From positions 1,760,001-1,824,000 of the forward strand of contig OZ242372.1 in NCBI GenBank assembly GCA_965209035.1: a stretch of 64,000 nucleotides of DNA. Direction: 5' to 3'. Position 1 is the stretch's first letter; every line of letters begins with the position of its first letter. Below, piece after piece: positions 28,925 through 38,907 of the stretch. Below the pieces are notes generated by a model. It did not search any database. It had not been told where the DNA came from and saw nothing but the letters and a program-made list of their open reading frames with translations. This DNA comes from Gammaproteobacteria bacterium. Its GTDB lineage: Bacteria; Pseudomonadota; Gammaproteobacteria; CBDBNL01; JAAOII01. Both the position numbers and the translations under genes were made by a program.

Positions 28925-29698
28925 ATGAAAAAAGGTTTTCGTTTTTGGAGGTACTTGGGCGACGAACGAGAGCAATCCGGCGGGGCGGGATTGCCTATCC
29001 TGATGATGCTGGTGACCTTAATTTTTTTCTCCTGGTGGATTTTGACGGATTTTGCCGCTAATCAAGAAGAGCGTATTTTTATTAACGCAGACCTGACCCG
29101 GAGCGAACAAAACCGAGTTGCAAGCTCCTTGACCAATAAAAAAAACACGGCAAGGATTCGCGCGGAACTGACGGCACTCACTTGGGTGGAATCCGTGCGG
29201 GTTCGTAAAAATATGGGGGGAGATATTTTGATCCGTGTGGTTACCGAAAAAGTGGTTGCGTATCTTCCCGAAGTGGGTTACTATCTTGCCAACGGGCAAT
29301 TTTTAACCAAGGTTTCGGATGAAAAGAATCTTCAAAAAAGACATGTACCGCTTGTCAAAATGCATACGGATGAAAAAAAATCTCCGACACTGGATCCGAA
29401 AAAATTTGAAATCATTTTGCCGCAACTGGCGAGAGTGTTTGACGAGTATAAAATTGTCCCAACCGAATACAGAATTGGTCGCAGCGGTGATTTGCGGGTG
29501 TCGTTGCGAAACGGTCCGGAATTGGTGTTTGGCACCCGTTCTCACAGGGAACGGTTAAGGGTGCTGCACAGATTTCTGGCAGAGTATCGGCGGGACATAC
29601 GAAACATCCGACACATAGATTTGCGTTATGAAAACGCCCTGGCGGTTAATTGGAAGGGACAGGTTGCCCGGCAACACAAAGCATCCGCGCAACATTAA
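28925..29698 (+). CDS. ftsQ: Cell division protein FtsQ (divergent)
   Basis: One TM helix, POTRA-like LTWVESVRVRK, C-terminal IDLRYENALAV; directly before ftsA. Confidence 0.85.
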   Translation: MKKGFRFWRYLGDEREQSGGAGLPILMMLVTLIFFSWWILTDFAANQEERIFINADLTRSEQNRVASSLTNKKNTARIRAELTALTWVESVRVRKNMGGDILIRVVTEKVVAYLPEVGYYLANGQFLTKVSDEKNLQKRHVPLVKMHTDEKKSPTLDPKKFEIILPQLARVFDEYKIVPTEYRIGRSGDLRVSLRNGPELVFGTRSHRERLRVLHRFLAEYRRDIRNIRHIDLRYENALAVNWKGQVARQHKASAQH

Positions 29699-29699
29699 T

Positions 29700-30941
29700 A
29701 TGCACAAGGAAAATATTGTTGCCTCGCTGGATGTGGGAACCAGCATGGCGCGTGTTTTGATTGGCGCCATGCAAAACAGCGGCAATGCCAAGATTTTGGG
29801 ATTGGGGCAATCCGAGTGCACCGGCTTGGAGCAGGGGGCGGTGGTGGATATCAGTGCCACCGAGGAGAGCATTCGTAAGGCGGTGCAAGATGCGCAGCTC
29901 ACCGCCGGCTACCGTATTTCAAATGTTTACTTGGGGACAGGCGGCAGCCATATTTCCGGTCGCAGTTCTCAGGGCGGAACGGCCATTAAGAATCGCGAGG
30001 TTTCCAAGACGGATGTGGAAGAAGCCATCGCCGCCGCCAAAGCCATGGCCTTCCCGCGCGACGAGATGTTGCTGCATGCCTTGCCACAAAGTTTTAGTGT
30101 GGACAGACAAACGAGAGTACGCAAACCGCTTGGCATGAGCGGCGAAAGGCTGGATGTTCAAGCATACCTGATTAGCGGTCTGACCAACCTGTTGCATAAC
30201 CTGCAAAAGTGTGTCGCTCGTTGCCAACTGGGTGTGGAGCGTATGATCGTCGAGCAGATTGCCGACAGCCAGGCGGTGCTCGGCCCGGATGAGTTGGATG
30301 CGGGTGTTTGCTTGGTTAATATCGGCGCGGGAAGCACGAAGATTGCCGTATTCAGAGACGGCGTGCCAATTTTCATGGCAACCGGCGACATGGGCGGTTC
30401 CACGGTCACCAACGATCTTGCGGCCGCTCTGCGCATCCCGTCGCGTCTTGCCGAAGAACAAAAGCGAAGATACGGTTGTGCCATGGCGGCGCGCGTCCCC
30501 GAGGATAATCTGGTGCGGTTTATTAGAATTGACAAGCGTGAGAAACAGGTGGTTTCCGGTCAAACACTTGCCAGTTTCATTCAGCCGCGTTACGAAGAGA
30601 TTTTAAATCTGGTGAACGAACAGATCACCGCCCAAAATGTAAAAGAAAAAATTTCCTCCGGCTTGGTTTTTGTCGGCGGCGGCGGCGGCATAGAAGGGCT
30701 AACGGATTTGGCATCCGAGATTTTACACATGAGTGCGCGTCGGGGAAACCCGATGAACATAGAAGACGAACCGATTATCCAAGGCAGTCCGCAATGGACA
30801 ACCGCGGTCGGGCTGTTATTGTTCGGGTTGCGGGAAAAAATGAATGTGCGAGATGAAGACGGTTTTTTTGTAAATCATAGTTTATCCGGGAAGTGGATTC
30901 GGTTTGACCGAATTTACGATTGGATAGGCAAAAACTTTTAA
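29700..30941 (+). CDS. ftsA: Cell division protein FtsA
   Basis: LDVGTS, NIGAGST, GGSTVTNDLA, TAVGLL, C-terminal amphipathic helix. Confidence 0.96.
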   Translation: MHKENIVASLDVGTSMARVLIGAMQNSGNAKILGLGQSECTGLEQGAVVDISATEESIRKAVQDAQLTAGYRISNVYLGTGGSHISGRSSQGGTAIKNREVSKTDVEEAIAAAKAMAFPRDEMLLHALPQSFSVDRQTRVRKPLGMSGERLDVQAYLISGLTNLLHNLQKCVARCQLGVERMIVEQIADSQAVLGPDELDAGVCLVNIGAGSTKIAVFRDGVPIFMATGDMGGSTVTNDLAAALRIPSRLAEEQKRRYGCAMAARVPEDNLVRFIRIDKREKQVVSGQTLASFIQPRYEEILNLVNEQITAQNVKEKISSGLVFVGGGGGIEGLTDLASEILHMSARRGNPMNIEDEPIIQGSPQWTTAVGLLLFGLREKMNVRDEDGFFVNHSLSGKWIRFDRIYDWIGKNF

Positions 30942-30965
30942 GTAAACTAGAAAAATAAAACAATC

Positions 30966-32039
30966 ATGAAAGAAGATATATTCACTAATCAAATAATGCC
31001 CCTTGAAACCGCGAATATCGTGGTGATGGGGGTAGGCGGCGGCGGTTGCAATGCCGTCCAATATATGGTGTCCGACAAGATAGACAATGTGAGTTTCGTT
31101 TGTGTCAACACAGATGTGAAGGATCTGACAAAAGTCAACGGTCCGAAACAACTTGCAATTGGAACGGACTTGACGAAAGGACTCGGTGCCGGCGGGGACC
31201 CGATGCGCGGTCGCGAAGCTGCCATGGAAAGCAAGGAGGAACTTTACGCCGAACTGGAAGGCGCCGATATGCTGTTTATTGCGGCCGGCATGGGCGGCGG
31301 CACCGGAACGGGAGGCGCCCCTGTTATTGCTGAAATTGCAAAAGAACTTGGCGTATTGACGGTTGCGGTTGTATCCAAACCCTTTGAGTTTGAAGGCAAC
31401 AAGCGATCCGATCTGGCGCAAAAAGGATTGGAGCAACTGGAAAAGTATGCGGATTCTTTGATCGTTATACCGAATGAGAAATTGGTTGAAAAGTATGGAA
31501 CCGGGACATCGCTGTTGGACGCATTTGCCGCGGCCAATTCTATTCTGGCAAATGCCGTGCGCGGCATCGCCGACCTGATTACCAAGCCAGGTTTGATCAA
31601 TGTGGATTTTGCCGATGTCAAGTCCGTGATGTCCGAAATGGGCATGGCGGTCATGGGCAGCGGTTATTCCAACGAGGAAAATGCCGCCCTCAAGGCGGTG
31701 GAACAAGCCATGTGCAGTCCGTTGTTGGATAATATTGCGTTGCAGAATGCGAAAGGGATGCTGGTGAATGTAACCGGCAACGCAAATCTTTCTTTACGGG
31801 ACTTTCAGCAAGTGGGCGAGCGTGCCAAAAGTTGCGCTTCCAAGGATGCCAAAATCTTTATCGGCACAACCATCGATCCCGAAATGGAAGATGCCGTGCG
31901 TGTCACTATCGTGGCCGCCGGCCTGGAACAAAAGAATGTCAATTTTCGGGTGCATGAAAAAGAAGGAGAGGTTCATCGCGATACGAGCGACTTGAATACA
32001 ATCAATGTGCCTGATTTCCTAAAACGGCAAATGGACTGA
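30966..32039 (+). CDS. ftsZ: Cell division protein FtsZ
   Basis: GVGGGGCNAV, AGMGGGTGTGGAP, INVDFAD, C-terminal core VPDFLKRQMD. Confidence 0.98.
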   Translation: MKEDIFTNQIMPLETANIVVMGVGGGGCNAVQYMVSDKIDNVSFVCVNTDVKDLTKVNGPKQLAIGTDLTKGLGAGGDPMRGREAAMESKEELYAELEGADMLFIAAGMGGGTGTGGAPVIAEIAKELGVLTVAVVSKPFEFEGNKRSDLAQKGLEQLEKYADSLIVIPNEKLVEKYGTGTSLLDAFAAANSILANAVRGIADLITKPGLINVDFADVKSVMSEMGMAVMGSGYSNEENAALKAVEQAMCSPLLDNIALQNAKGMLVNVTGNANLSLRDFQQVGERAKSCASKDAKIFIGTTIDPEMEDAVRVTIVAAGLEQKNVNFRVHEKEGEVHRDTSDLNTINVPDFLKRQMD

Positions 32040-32110
32040 GAACACAGAAACACGGATGAGTCGCTTTTGCGTCATAATAGGAATTTGTCCGGATGGACGG
32101 ACGGATGCGA

Positions 32111-32127
32111 GTTTCTTAAAAAATTAA
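32111..32127. repeat. 17-bp direct repeat, left copy (GTTTCTTAAAAAATTAA)
   Basis: Identical to 34924-34940; the two copies bracket the IS remnant plus R-M gene. Confidence 0.85.
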
Positions 32128-32518
32128 GGGAATTATATATCTAATCCTTATATTGAATTTTGAAAAGAATGTTGCTGTTTTTAGAGTGTAAAATCTAATG
32201 ATAATGAAAAAAATTGAAAATGCCTTATCGTTGTATAGCTTTGTGAAACTGCCGATTGATCCTTTGAATACCAAAACAATTCAAATTTTCTTGAATAGGA
32301 ATATGGTGAAAGGCAGTGTTTTCGCGGTATTGAGACGAGTGTGTCACGGCACATTTCACCATTTCAGTAAGAAGCATTTGGATAGATATGTGAATGAGTT
32401 TTCGTTTCGTTTGATTGAAGGCAATTGTGAGATAGATACTATGGATAGAATTAAGGCGTTGTGTGGTGGAACAGTAAATAAGCACTTGACATACCAGAGG
32501 TTGATTACGAATGAATAA
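32128..32518 (+). mobile_element. Internally deleted IS1595-family element (transposase remnant 32198-32518)
   Basis: The ORF C-terminus VLRRVCHGTFHHFSKKHLDRYVNEFSFRL...KHLTYQRLI is the IS1595 transposase tail; the DDE core is missing. Putative left end GGGAATTATATATCT at 32128. Confidence 0.75.
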
Positions 32519-34904
32519 GATAAAAAAATCCGAATCAAGAACAGAGCATTATAGTAGAAAGCAACTGGATCGGTTGGGGTGGGATTTGAAAAAGGATGTG
32601 ATGGAGAAGCAGGAGATAAGAGAGAAATATCCGGGCTATAAGAAAATACCAGATTTTACTTTATCCATTCAGGGTAAGCCAAGAGTAGTGATAGAGTGTA
32701 AAAGTGATTATAAAGATATTAAGAAGGCGTCCGAAGAAGCAAAAAATTATGCCAAAGATCTAAACATTCCTGTGGCCATAGGCGTTGCTGGGAATGATGA
32801 AGATGTTGGAATTCTTGTAGAGAGTTGGTATCAAGGGAAAAGAGTGTCTTATAAGGGGTGTCCTTTAACACAATTTTTGACAAAAAAGATTATTGAAGAT
32901 TTACTACAAGTAGATTCAAATGAATTAGATCATCTGGTTGTTCCTGATGAGAAGTTTTTTTATGATGAAGCCGAATATATCAGTAATCAATTTAGGGCGG
33001 CACATGTAGATAAGAAGGACATGTCTCGTTATTTGGGTTGTTTTATTTTAGGGCTATTCTATGAGAAAGATATTGTGTTGGCGATGTCGGATAAGGGGCA
33101 TAGAGATGTGATTAATAGTTTGTTAGATAAACTGGATAAACAGATTGGAGGTAATCTGCATAATCAACTGATTGCAAATGTTCTGAAAATACATAATCCG
33201 AATGATGCGGTGATTAATCATTTAATGATAGCATTCCCCAAAATAATTTCTTCCTTGCGTAGATTGAATATAGAAGCGTTAATGCGTGCCGGTGAGGATG
33301 TGATTGGGTTATTTTTTGAGAATTTTTTACGGTACTCCAATGATAAGAAAGAATTGGGGATTGTTTTTACGCCTCGTCATATTGTACGTTTTATGTGCGA
33401 TGTGATTGGTTTAGAAATTGGAGATAAAGTATTGGATCCGTGTTGTGGCACAGGCGGTTTTTTGGTGCAAGCATATAGCCAAATACGTAAAAAAATAGAG
33501 GAGGATTATAAAGATGATCCGTACGCAAGAGATCGTAAAACAAAAGAGTTGGCGTCATCTATTTATGGAATTGAAAGTGAATCCACAGGTGAGATTTTGG
33601 CATTAGCAGTGGTAAATATGGTGATTAGAGGGGATGGTAAATCAAACATTATTGGTGGTGACTGTTTTGAAGATCATACAAGTATCAAGGATGCTTCATT
33701 TGATAAAGTTTTACTGAATCCGCCATATAGCTTGAAAAAGAGAGGAACAAATGGAAAATCGGAAGAAGAGTTTATGGATTGCGCTTTGTCTAAGCTGCAA
33801 AAAGGTGGGATGCTATGTGCGATTATTCCGTATTCTGTATTATCCAGTGGAAAATGGTATAAACAATTAACAACGAAGCATAGTGTTGTTGCCGCTTTTA
33901 GTGTTCCAGTAGAGTTATTTTATCCTGTTTCTATGCCTACGATTATTGTATTGATTAAGGCTGGTATTCCACAGAAAGATTCTTTAACTTTTATGGGAAG
34001 GATTGACGATGACGGGTACGAGATCGATCGTAATAAAAGAAGTAAGAAGGGTAAAGGTGATATTGAAATGATTTTGGAGACTTTCAAAATTTGGCAAGCC
34101 AGTAGTAAGAAGGCTAATCTGCCAAAATTTTATGGAGTGGTGAAGGCGGATGATGAAATTGTGCCAGAGAATTATCTTTTATCGGAGAAATTGACTTCTG
34201 CTGTGGTTTCATCGAAAGTAGATAAAGTGATTAGAGAACAGTTGTGTTTTCAGATCCGTTATTCGGATAAGGTACGAGATCTAGATTACGAGATAAACGA
34301 TTCAAAAATTAGTAATTTTATGAACAGTCCATTACGACTAGAAGATAAGAGAAAGGAGGAAATACAGGATTGGAGAGATATCTTTTTTTCAAGAGGTGAG
34401 ATGTTAGAGAAATATACGTCGCGTAAGAACATTAAAAGTGAAGAATATGACTTGGCTTGTATGTATGGTGATAAGGAATTACACGATAAAAGTTGGCTGC
34501 AATTAGGTGACGATATTATTGTATCCAGTGGTGGAACGGATAATGGGTTATATGGATTTTATGAATATTCACATAAAGCATCTTCCTTATCACAAATATA
34601 TAAAGAAAATGCGATGATTACTTGCGCGAGTGCTGGGACGATTGGCAGTGCTTTTGTGCAAGAGATTAATTTTAGTGCGTGTGATAGCACTTTGATATTC
34701 TTTCCAAAACCGAAGGTTGCAATAGAATTGCTTTATTATATCGCGGCACTCCTACGATTAGAGGCATGGAGATTTAGATATGGCAGACAGATGACTCCTG
34801 CCAGAATTACAAAATGTTTACGATTAGATTTGCGTTATTATGACCGCATAGCGATTCAGAAGTACAGAAATCAGTTACCATATCATTTTAATAGAGAGAG
34901 GTAG
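32511..34904 (+). CDS. Single-chain Type IIG/IIB-like restriction-modification enzyme (nuclease + N6-adenine MTase + specificity region)
   Basis: N-terminal PD-(D/E)XK (IPDF...VIECKS); FTPRHI; DPCCGTGGFL; NPPY; C-terminal TRD-like segment ending WRFRYGRQ; AT-rich DNA. Confidence 0.82.
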   Translation: MNKIKKSESRTEHYSRKQLDRLGWDLKKDVMEKQEIREKYPGYKKIPDFTLSIQGKPRVVIECKSDYKDIKKASEEAKNYAKDLNIPVAIGVAGNDEDVGILVESWYQGKRVSYKGCPLTQFLTKKIIEDLLQVDSNELDHLVVPDEKFFYDEAEYISNQFRAAHVDKKDMSRYLGCFILGLFYEKDIVLAMSDKGHRDVINSLLDKLDKQIGGNLHNQLIANVLKIHNPNDAVINHLMIAFPKIISSLRRLNIEALMRAGEDVIGLFFENFLRYSNDKKELGIVFTPRHIVRFMCDVIGLEIGDKVLDPCCGTGGFLVQAYSQIRKKIEEDYKDDPYARDRKTKELASSIYGIESESTGEILALAVVNMVIRGDGKSNIIGGDCFEDHTSIKDASFDKVLLNPPYSLKKRGTNGKSEEEFMDCALSKLQKGGMLCAIIPYSVLSSGKWYKQLTTKHSVVAAFSVPVELFYPVSMPTIIVLIKAGIPQKDSLTFMGRIDDDGYEIDRNKRSKKGKGDIEMILETFKIWQASSKKANLPKFYGVVKADDEIVPENYLLSEKLTSAVVSSKVDKVIREQLCFQIRYSDKVRDLDYEINDSKISNFMNSPLRLEDKRKEEIQDWRDIFFSRGEMLEKYTSRKNIKSEEYDLACMYGDKELHDKSWLQLGDDIIVSSGGTDNGLYGFYEYSHKASSLSQIYKENAMITCASAGTIGSAFVQEINFSACDSTLIFFPKPKVAIELLYYIAALLRLEAWRFRYGRQMTPARITKCLRLDLRYYDRIAIQKYRNQLPYHFNRER

Positions 34905-34923
34905 CAGATATTTTAATGCCGTC

Positions 34924-34940
34924 GTTTCTTAAAAAATTAA
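34924..34940. repeat. 17-bp direct repeat, right copy
   Basis: Identical to 32111-32127; here it forms part of a GTTTCTT-N10-AAGAAAC palindrome. Confidence 0.85.
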
Positions 34941-34986
34941 AAGAAACAGGGATGCGGCAATCTATATTCCTATTATTACAAAGCAC

Positions 34987-35439
34987 TTATATGGAGGTAA
35001 TATTACTGTCAAGCAAGGTCCTGTTGCTTTCCAAGAGTGTTTTATTGTATTCAAAACACTTTATTTCATACGCCAGGTCATATGCTTGTTTTTCACCTTT
35101 CAGATTGCTAATATCTGTAACGGTTCCGTCATCTGTGGAATGCTTTACTGCGACAATAACACCGCCTAGGAAGACAGGGACTCCAATTAGAAGTGGGGCA
35201 AACAATCCGACACCAACCATTACTCCTCCAAGCACACTATATTGATATTTTTTTTCTTGTTTGGTAATCGCAATGTCTAATTTTGGTTTGATTATTATTT
35301 GTTTGCTTCTAATGTCTTCACAGCTATGTTGTTCTCGGATATCTCGTGCGTCAATAAAAGAGCTGGGGTAGATTTGGTCTGGAGAAGTGGCACAGGCTGT
35401 GATAGCGAATGCCATTCCTAAAAGGGTAAGATGTTTCAT
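34987..35439 (-). CDS. Uncharacterised lipoprotein
   Basis: Signal peptide with lipobox ITAC, Gly-rich hydrophobic hairpin (GGVMVGVGLFAPLLIGVPVFLGG), LKGE motif and two further Cys. Confidence 0.7.
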   Translation of the reverse strand: MKHLTLLGMAFAITACATSPDQIYPSSFIDARDIREQHSCEDIRSKQIIIKPKLDIAITKQEKKYQYSVLGGVMVGVGLFAPLLIGVPVFLGGVIVAVKHSTDDGTVTDISNLKGEKQAYDLAYEIKCFEYNKTLLESNRTLLDSNITSI

Positions 35440-35623
35440 ATTTTCTTGTTTTTGTTGTGATACTAAAAATAAAATACTGACTCAAAAGAGAGCCATGTAT
35501 ATCACAAATTCGGCAAGGAATTTTCTTGGCAAATTTGTAATAGAGTTATTTTAGATTAATAAAGACATTGAGTTTTACAAAATTCAATGGAACATTTCAA
35601 GGCGGTACACTAGCTATTTGAAT

Positions 35624-35746
35624 TCATGATTTCTTTTGATTCTCAAGATCCCATTTGTAGCCCTCAAGACACTTCAAAACCACCAAAAAATCTCTTAACC
35701 TATCGGGGTTTCTTAGCGTTGTTGTAATTGACCATGGCTTTTTCAT
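35624..35746 (-). pseudogene. Truncated AlwI-family restriction endonuclease (first 40 codons)
   Basis: ATG 2 bp after the MTase stop; reads MKKPWSITTTLRNPDRLRDFLVVLKCLEGYKWDLENQKKS*, matching the TTTxRNPxR N-terminal motif I recall for AlwI-family endonucleases. Confidence 0.7.
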
Positions 35747-35748
35747 AG

Positions 35749-37041
35749 TCACTTTTTTACTTTACAGTAGAAAATGCGTTCCGCGTGTTCTTCGCCGTTG
35801 CTTCTCCCGGTTGTAAAAACTTTGTAATCTTTTTCAAATACTTCAACATCACCCTTATCGTTTAGGATTTGTAAAATATCTTCGTCATTGATTCTCGCGT
35901 TAGAACGTTCGTCCTTTGAATCTCCCGTATTGTTATAAGAAAATAAAATATGGTTACAATTCGCATGTTGAATTAAATTCGCAAACGCACTGATTGCACT
36001 TTTGAGGCAGTATTCGCTTTTGATATGCGAGCGATCCATTTTCTTACTCACTCCCACAACTTCGGGTTTTTTCCACTCGGCAAGATTTTCCAAAAGATGA
36101 TAGGCATCGGAATATTGACGGGAGTTATAAGGAGGATCGATATATAAAACATCACATGCGATCTTTCCAACGAGAGTATTGGCATCCTCTTTGTAAACTT
36201 TATTTTTGGTATTGCATGCATGGTCAATATCGGGGATAAGAAGTCTGATGGGTCGGGTCATATCCAACTTCTTGCGAAAAGCATCATAATGCCCCACGGT
36301 ATTTGCCACCTTGTCAACTGCATAGAGCAAAGCGCAAATCAATATTTCTTTTTCATCCCGGCTTTCGGCAAGGTGTTCTATCTCTTCTCTTATTACTCCA
36401 ATCTTTTGGGCATTCTCTTTTGTAAAATAAGTTCCGCCGAAATGCTTTGAAAAATAATTCTCTTTTGCGTTGGGCAGATGATTTAAATATTCTATCTTTC
36501 CGACAATGTTTTTTTGAAAATCTTGGCTGGTTCCTAAAAACGCTTTCAGACAAACATAGTTTGCAAAAAGCAAGTCATTGGAAATGATCGCGGTGTCCGG
36601 ATCATTAAACCTTTCGCCGACAACACCTGTCCCGGCAAAAATATCGCAAAGCGAATCTATTTGGCCGCATTTTGGGGAAATAATCTCTTCAATAAATCCA
36701 AGTAGTTTATATTTGTTACCCAAGTAACGCCTATTCTGAAGTTGAAAATACCCGCTCGGCGGCCGGTGCGTTTGAAAATCATTGTTTATCTTTTGCGGGC
36801 TGATAGGATCATGAGTGCATTTTCCAAATTCCTGCGAATCAAAAAATGTTCTTTGCGGGTTATCCGCAACACAATATTCAAAATTGATGTTTTGGGGTTC
36901 TTGATAAACACTATGATTGGCATTTTCCGATCCCCGCACATCATTAATAATCGGAGCATCCTTGGTTTCTTCCGTCTGTTTAATTTTACTCAGATCCCCA
37001 ACATCTTTTCTATTTGATGATAAGTCGCCGGACATTCGCAA
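35749..37041 (-). CDS. D12-class N6-adenine DNA methyltransferase
   Basis: RRYLGNKYKLL, DIFAGTGVVG (motif I), YIDPPYNSRQY (motif IV). The first ~95 aa are unconserved and the start is uncertain; extended -10 TGTTATAAT on the minus strand at 37081-37089. Confidence 0.88.
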   Translation of the reverse strand: MRMSGDLSSNRKDVGDLSKIKQTEETKDAPIINDVRGSENANHSVYQEPQNINFEYCVADNPQRTFFDSQEFGKCTHDPISPQKINNDFQTHRPPSGYFQLQNRRYLGNKYKLLGFIEEIISPKCGQIDSLCDIFAGTGVVGERFNDPDTAIISNDLLFANYVCLKAFLGTSQDFQKNIVGKIEYLNHLPNAKENYFSKHFGGTYFTKENAQKIGVIREEIEHLAESRDEKEILICALLYAVDKVANTVGHYDAFRKKLDMTRPIRLLIPDIDHACNTKNKVYKEDANTLVGKIACDVLYIDPPYNSRQYSDAYHLLENLAEWKKPEVVGVSKKMDRSHIKSEYCLKSAISAFANLIQHANCNHILFSYNNTGDSKDERSNARINDEDILQILNDKGDVEVFEKDYKVFTTGRSNGEEHAERIFYCKVKK

Positions 37042-37380
37042 TAGTTGTAATCAGAGGTAAAAATTTTTTATCTTGTGTAAATTATAACAGATTCTTTAAA
37101 ACACGAATAGTTCAAAATCGAGCGGGGTGATCCGGCGTCCGGAAATTGTTTGCGGTCCTTTCTTATAATAAACAGTATGTTTTTATTTTGCCGGTTTTTT
37201 GGTGCCGGTTTGACTATCAGACAGTGTTTGTCTTTGTTCTTACTTAGAAGTAATTGATGCATTCCGGCACTTTGGTGTTCGGACACTCATTGCTCATTGA
37301 ATGATGAGTGAACTCCCGTAGTTGTTACGGGTAAAAATATAAGGATAAACAGTAAGGATTAATTAAAAGATAACTGAAAA

Positions 37381-38907
37381 ATGAAAAATTCTCTGATAGT
37401 TTTTGATACAACTCTGCGCGACGGCGAACAAAGCCCCGGCGCAACGATGACAAGCGACGAAAAGGTGCGCATTGCTCGCAGTCTGGAAAAGATGCGCGCG
37501 GATGTGATTGAAGCGGGCTTCCCGATTGCAAGCGAAGGCGACTTCGCTTCCGTGCGTGCCGTTGCCAAAACAATAAAAGACAGCAGCGTCTGCGGTCTGG
37601 CAAGAGCATTGCCGGGTGACATCCGGCGTGCCGCCGATGCGATTGCCCCCGCACCGCGCAAGCGTCTCCACACATTTATTGCCACTTCCCCCATTCATAT
37701 GCAATTCAAATTGAAGATGCAACCGGATGAGGTGTTGCAAAATGCGATCAAGGCGGTCAAACTCGCCCGCAATCTGTGTGATGATGTGGAGTTTTCCTGC
37801 GAAGATGCGGGTCGCTCGGAGCCTGACTTTTTGTGTCGGGTCATAGAAGCCGCCATTGACGAAGGTGCCGCGACCATTAACATTCCGGACACGGTGGGCT
37901 ATGCCTTGCCGTTCTCTTTTGGCGAACTGGTAGCGGACCTGATTGAGCGGGTGCCGAATTCGGATAAGGCGGTTTTTTCCGCCCATTGCCATAATGACCT
38001 GGGGCTGGCGACTGCCAATTCTCTGGCTGCCCTAAGAGCCGGCGCACGCCAGGTGGAATGCACCATTAACGGATTGGGCGAGCGGGCGGGCAACACCGCT
38101 TTGGAAGAAGTGGTTATGGCGATCAAGACGCGCGGCGATTTTGTGGATCTGGAAGTGAACTTGGATTGTTCGCAGATTGTGCCGACTTCCCGCTTGGTAT
38201 CGCAGATCACCGGTTTCCCGGTGCAGCCCAACAAGGCGATTGTGGGTGCCAACGCATTCGCGCACGAGTCCGGCATTCACCAGGACGGTATCATTAAGCA
38301 TCGCCAAACCTATGAAATTATGCGCGCCGAGGATGTGGGTTGGTCGACCAACCGATTGGTTCTGGGAAAACATTCGGGGCGTAATGCGTTCGGCAAGAGA
38401 CTGTCGGAACTTGGTTATGAGTTTTCCGCGGAGAGACTGAGTCAACTGTTTTTGGACTTTAAGAAGTTGGCGGATCGCAAGCATTTTATTTATGACGAGG
38501 ATCTGCATTCTTTGATGGGGGTGCAAAACGGCGAAGAGGGGTTTGCCCTGCATTCCGCAGAGGTTACCACCCGAACGGGAGAAAGATCCTATGCAAAAGT
38601 GACTCTTTCAAAAAACGGGGAAGAACTTGTAGAGGAGTCTTTCGGCAACGGTCCTGTGAATGCTGTTTTTGATGCCATTCGTAAGATCACACACACTAAC
38701 GGTGAATTGGTGTTGTATTCGGTTAACGCCATTACCGAGGGCACGGATGCACTGGGTGAGGTGATGGTGCGGTTACGCGAGAACGAGCGTATTGTTAACG
38801 GCGCCGGTTCCGATCTGGATGTGATTACGGCTTCGGCAAAAGCCTATGTGCGCGCGGTTAACTTGCTGAAATCCGCCAAGACCTCGGATGCCAAAACGCC
38901 CCTATGA
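37381..38907 (+). CDS. leuA: 2-isopropylmalate synthase
   Basis: [35 protein letters not shown], regulatory domain GNGPVNA. Confidence 0.97.
   Translation: MKNSLIVFDTTLRDGEQSPGATMTSDEKVRIARSLEKMRADVIEAGFPIASEGDFASVRAVAKTIKDSSVCGLARALPGDIRRAADAIAPAPRKRLHTFIATSPIHMQFKLKMQPDEVLQNAIKAVKLARNLCDDVEFSCEDAGRSEPDFLCRVIEAAIDEGAATINIPDTVGYALPFSFGELVADLIERVPNSDKAVFSAHCHNDLGLATANSLAALRAGARQVECTINGLGERAGNTALEEVVMAIKTRGDFVDLEVNLDCSQIVPTSRLVSQITGFPVQPNKAIVGANAFAHESGIHQDGIIKHRQTYEIMRAEDVGWSTNRLVLGKHSGRNAFGKRLSELGYEFSAERLSQLFLDFKKLADRKHFIYDEDLHSLMGVQNGEEGFALHSAEVTTRTGERSYAKVTLSKNGEELVEESFGNGPVNAVFDAIRKITHTNGELVLYSVNAITEGTDALGEVMVRLRENERIVNGAGSDLDVITASAKAYVRAVNLLKSAKTSDAKTPL

Noticed and set aside
34916-35245. 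109-aa + strand ORF
   Set aside because: Overlaps the better-supported minus-strand lipoprotein gene.
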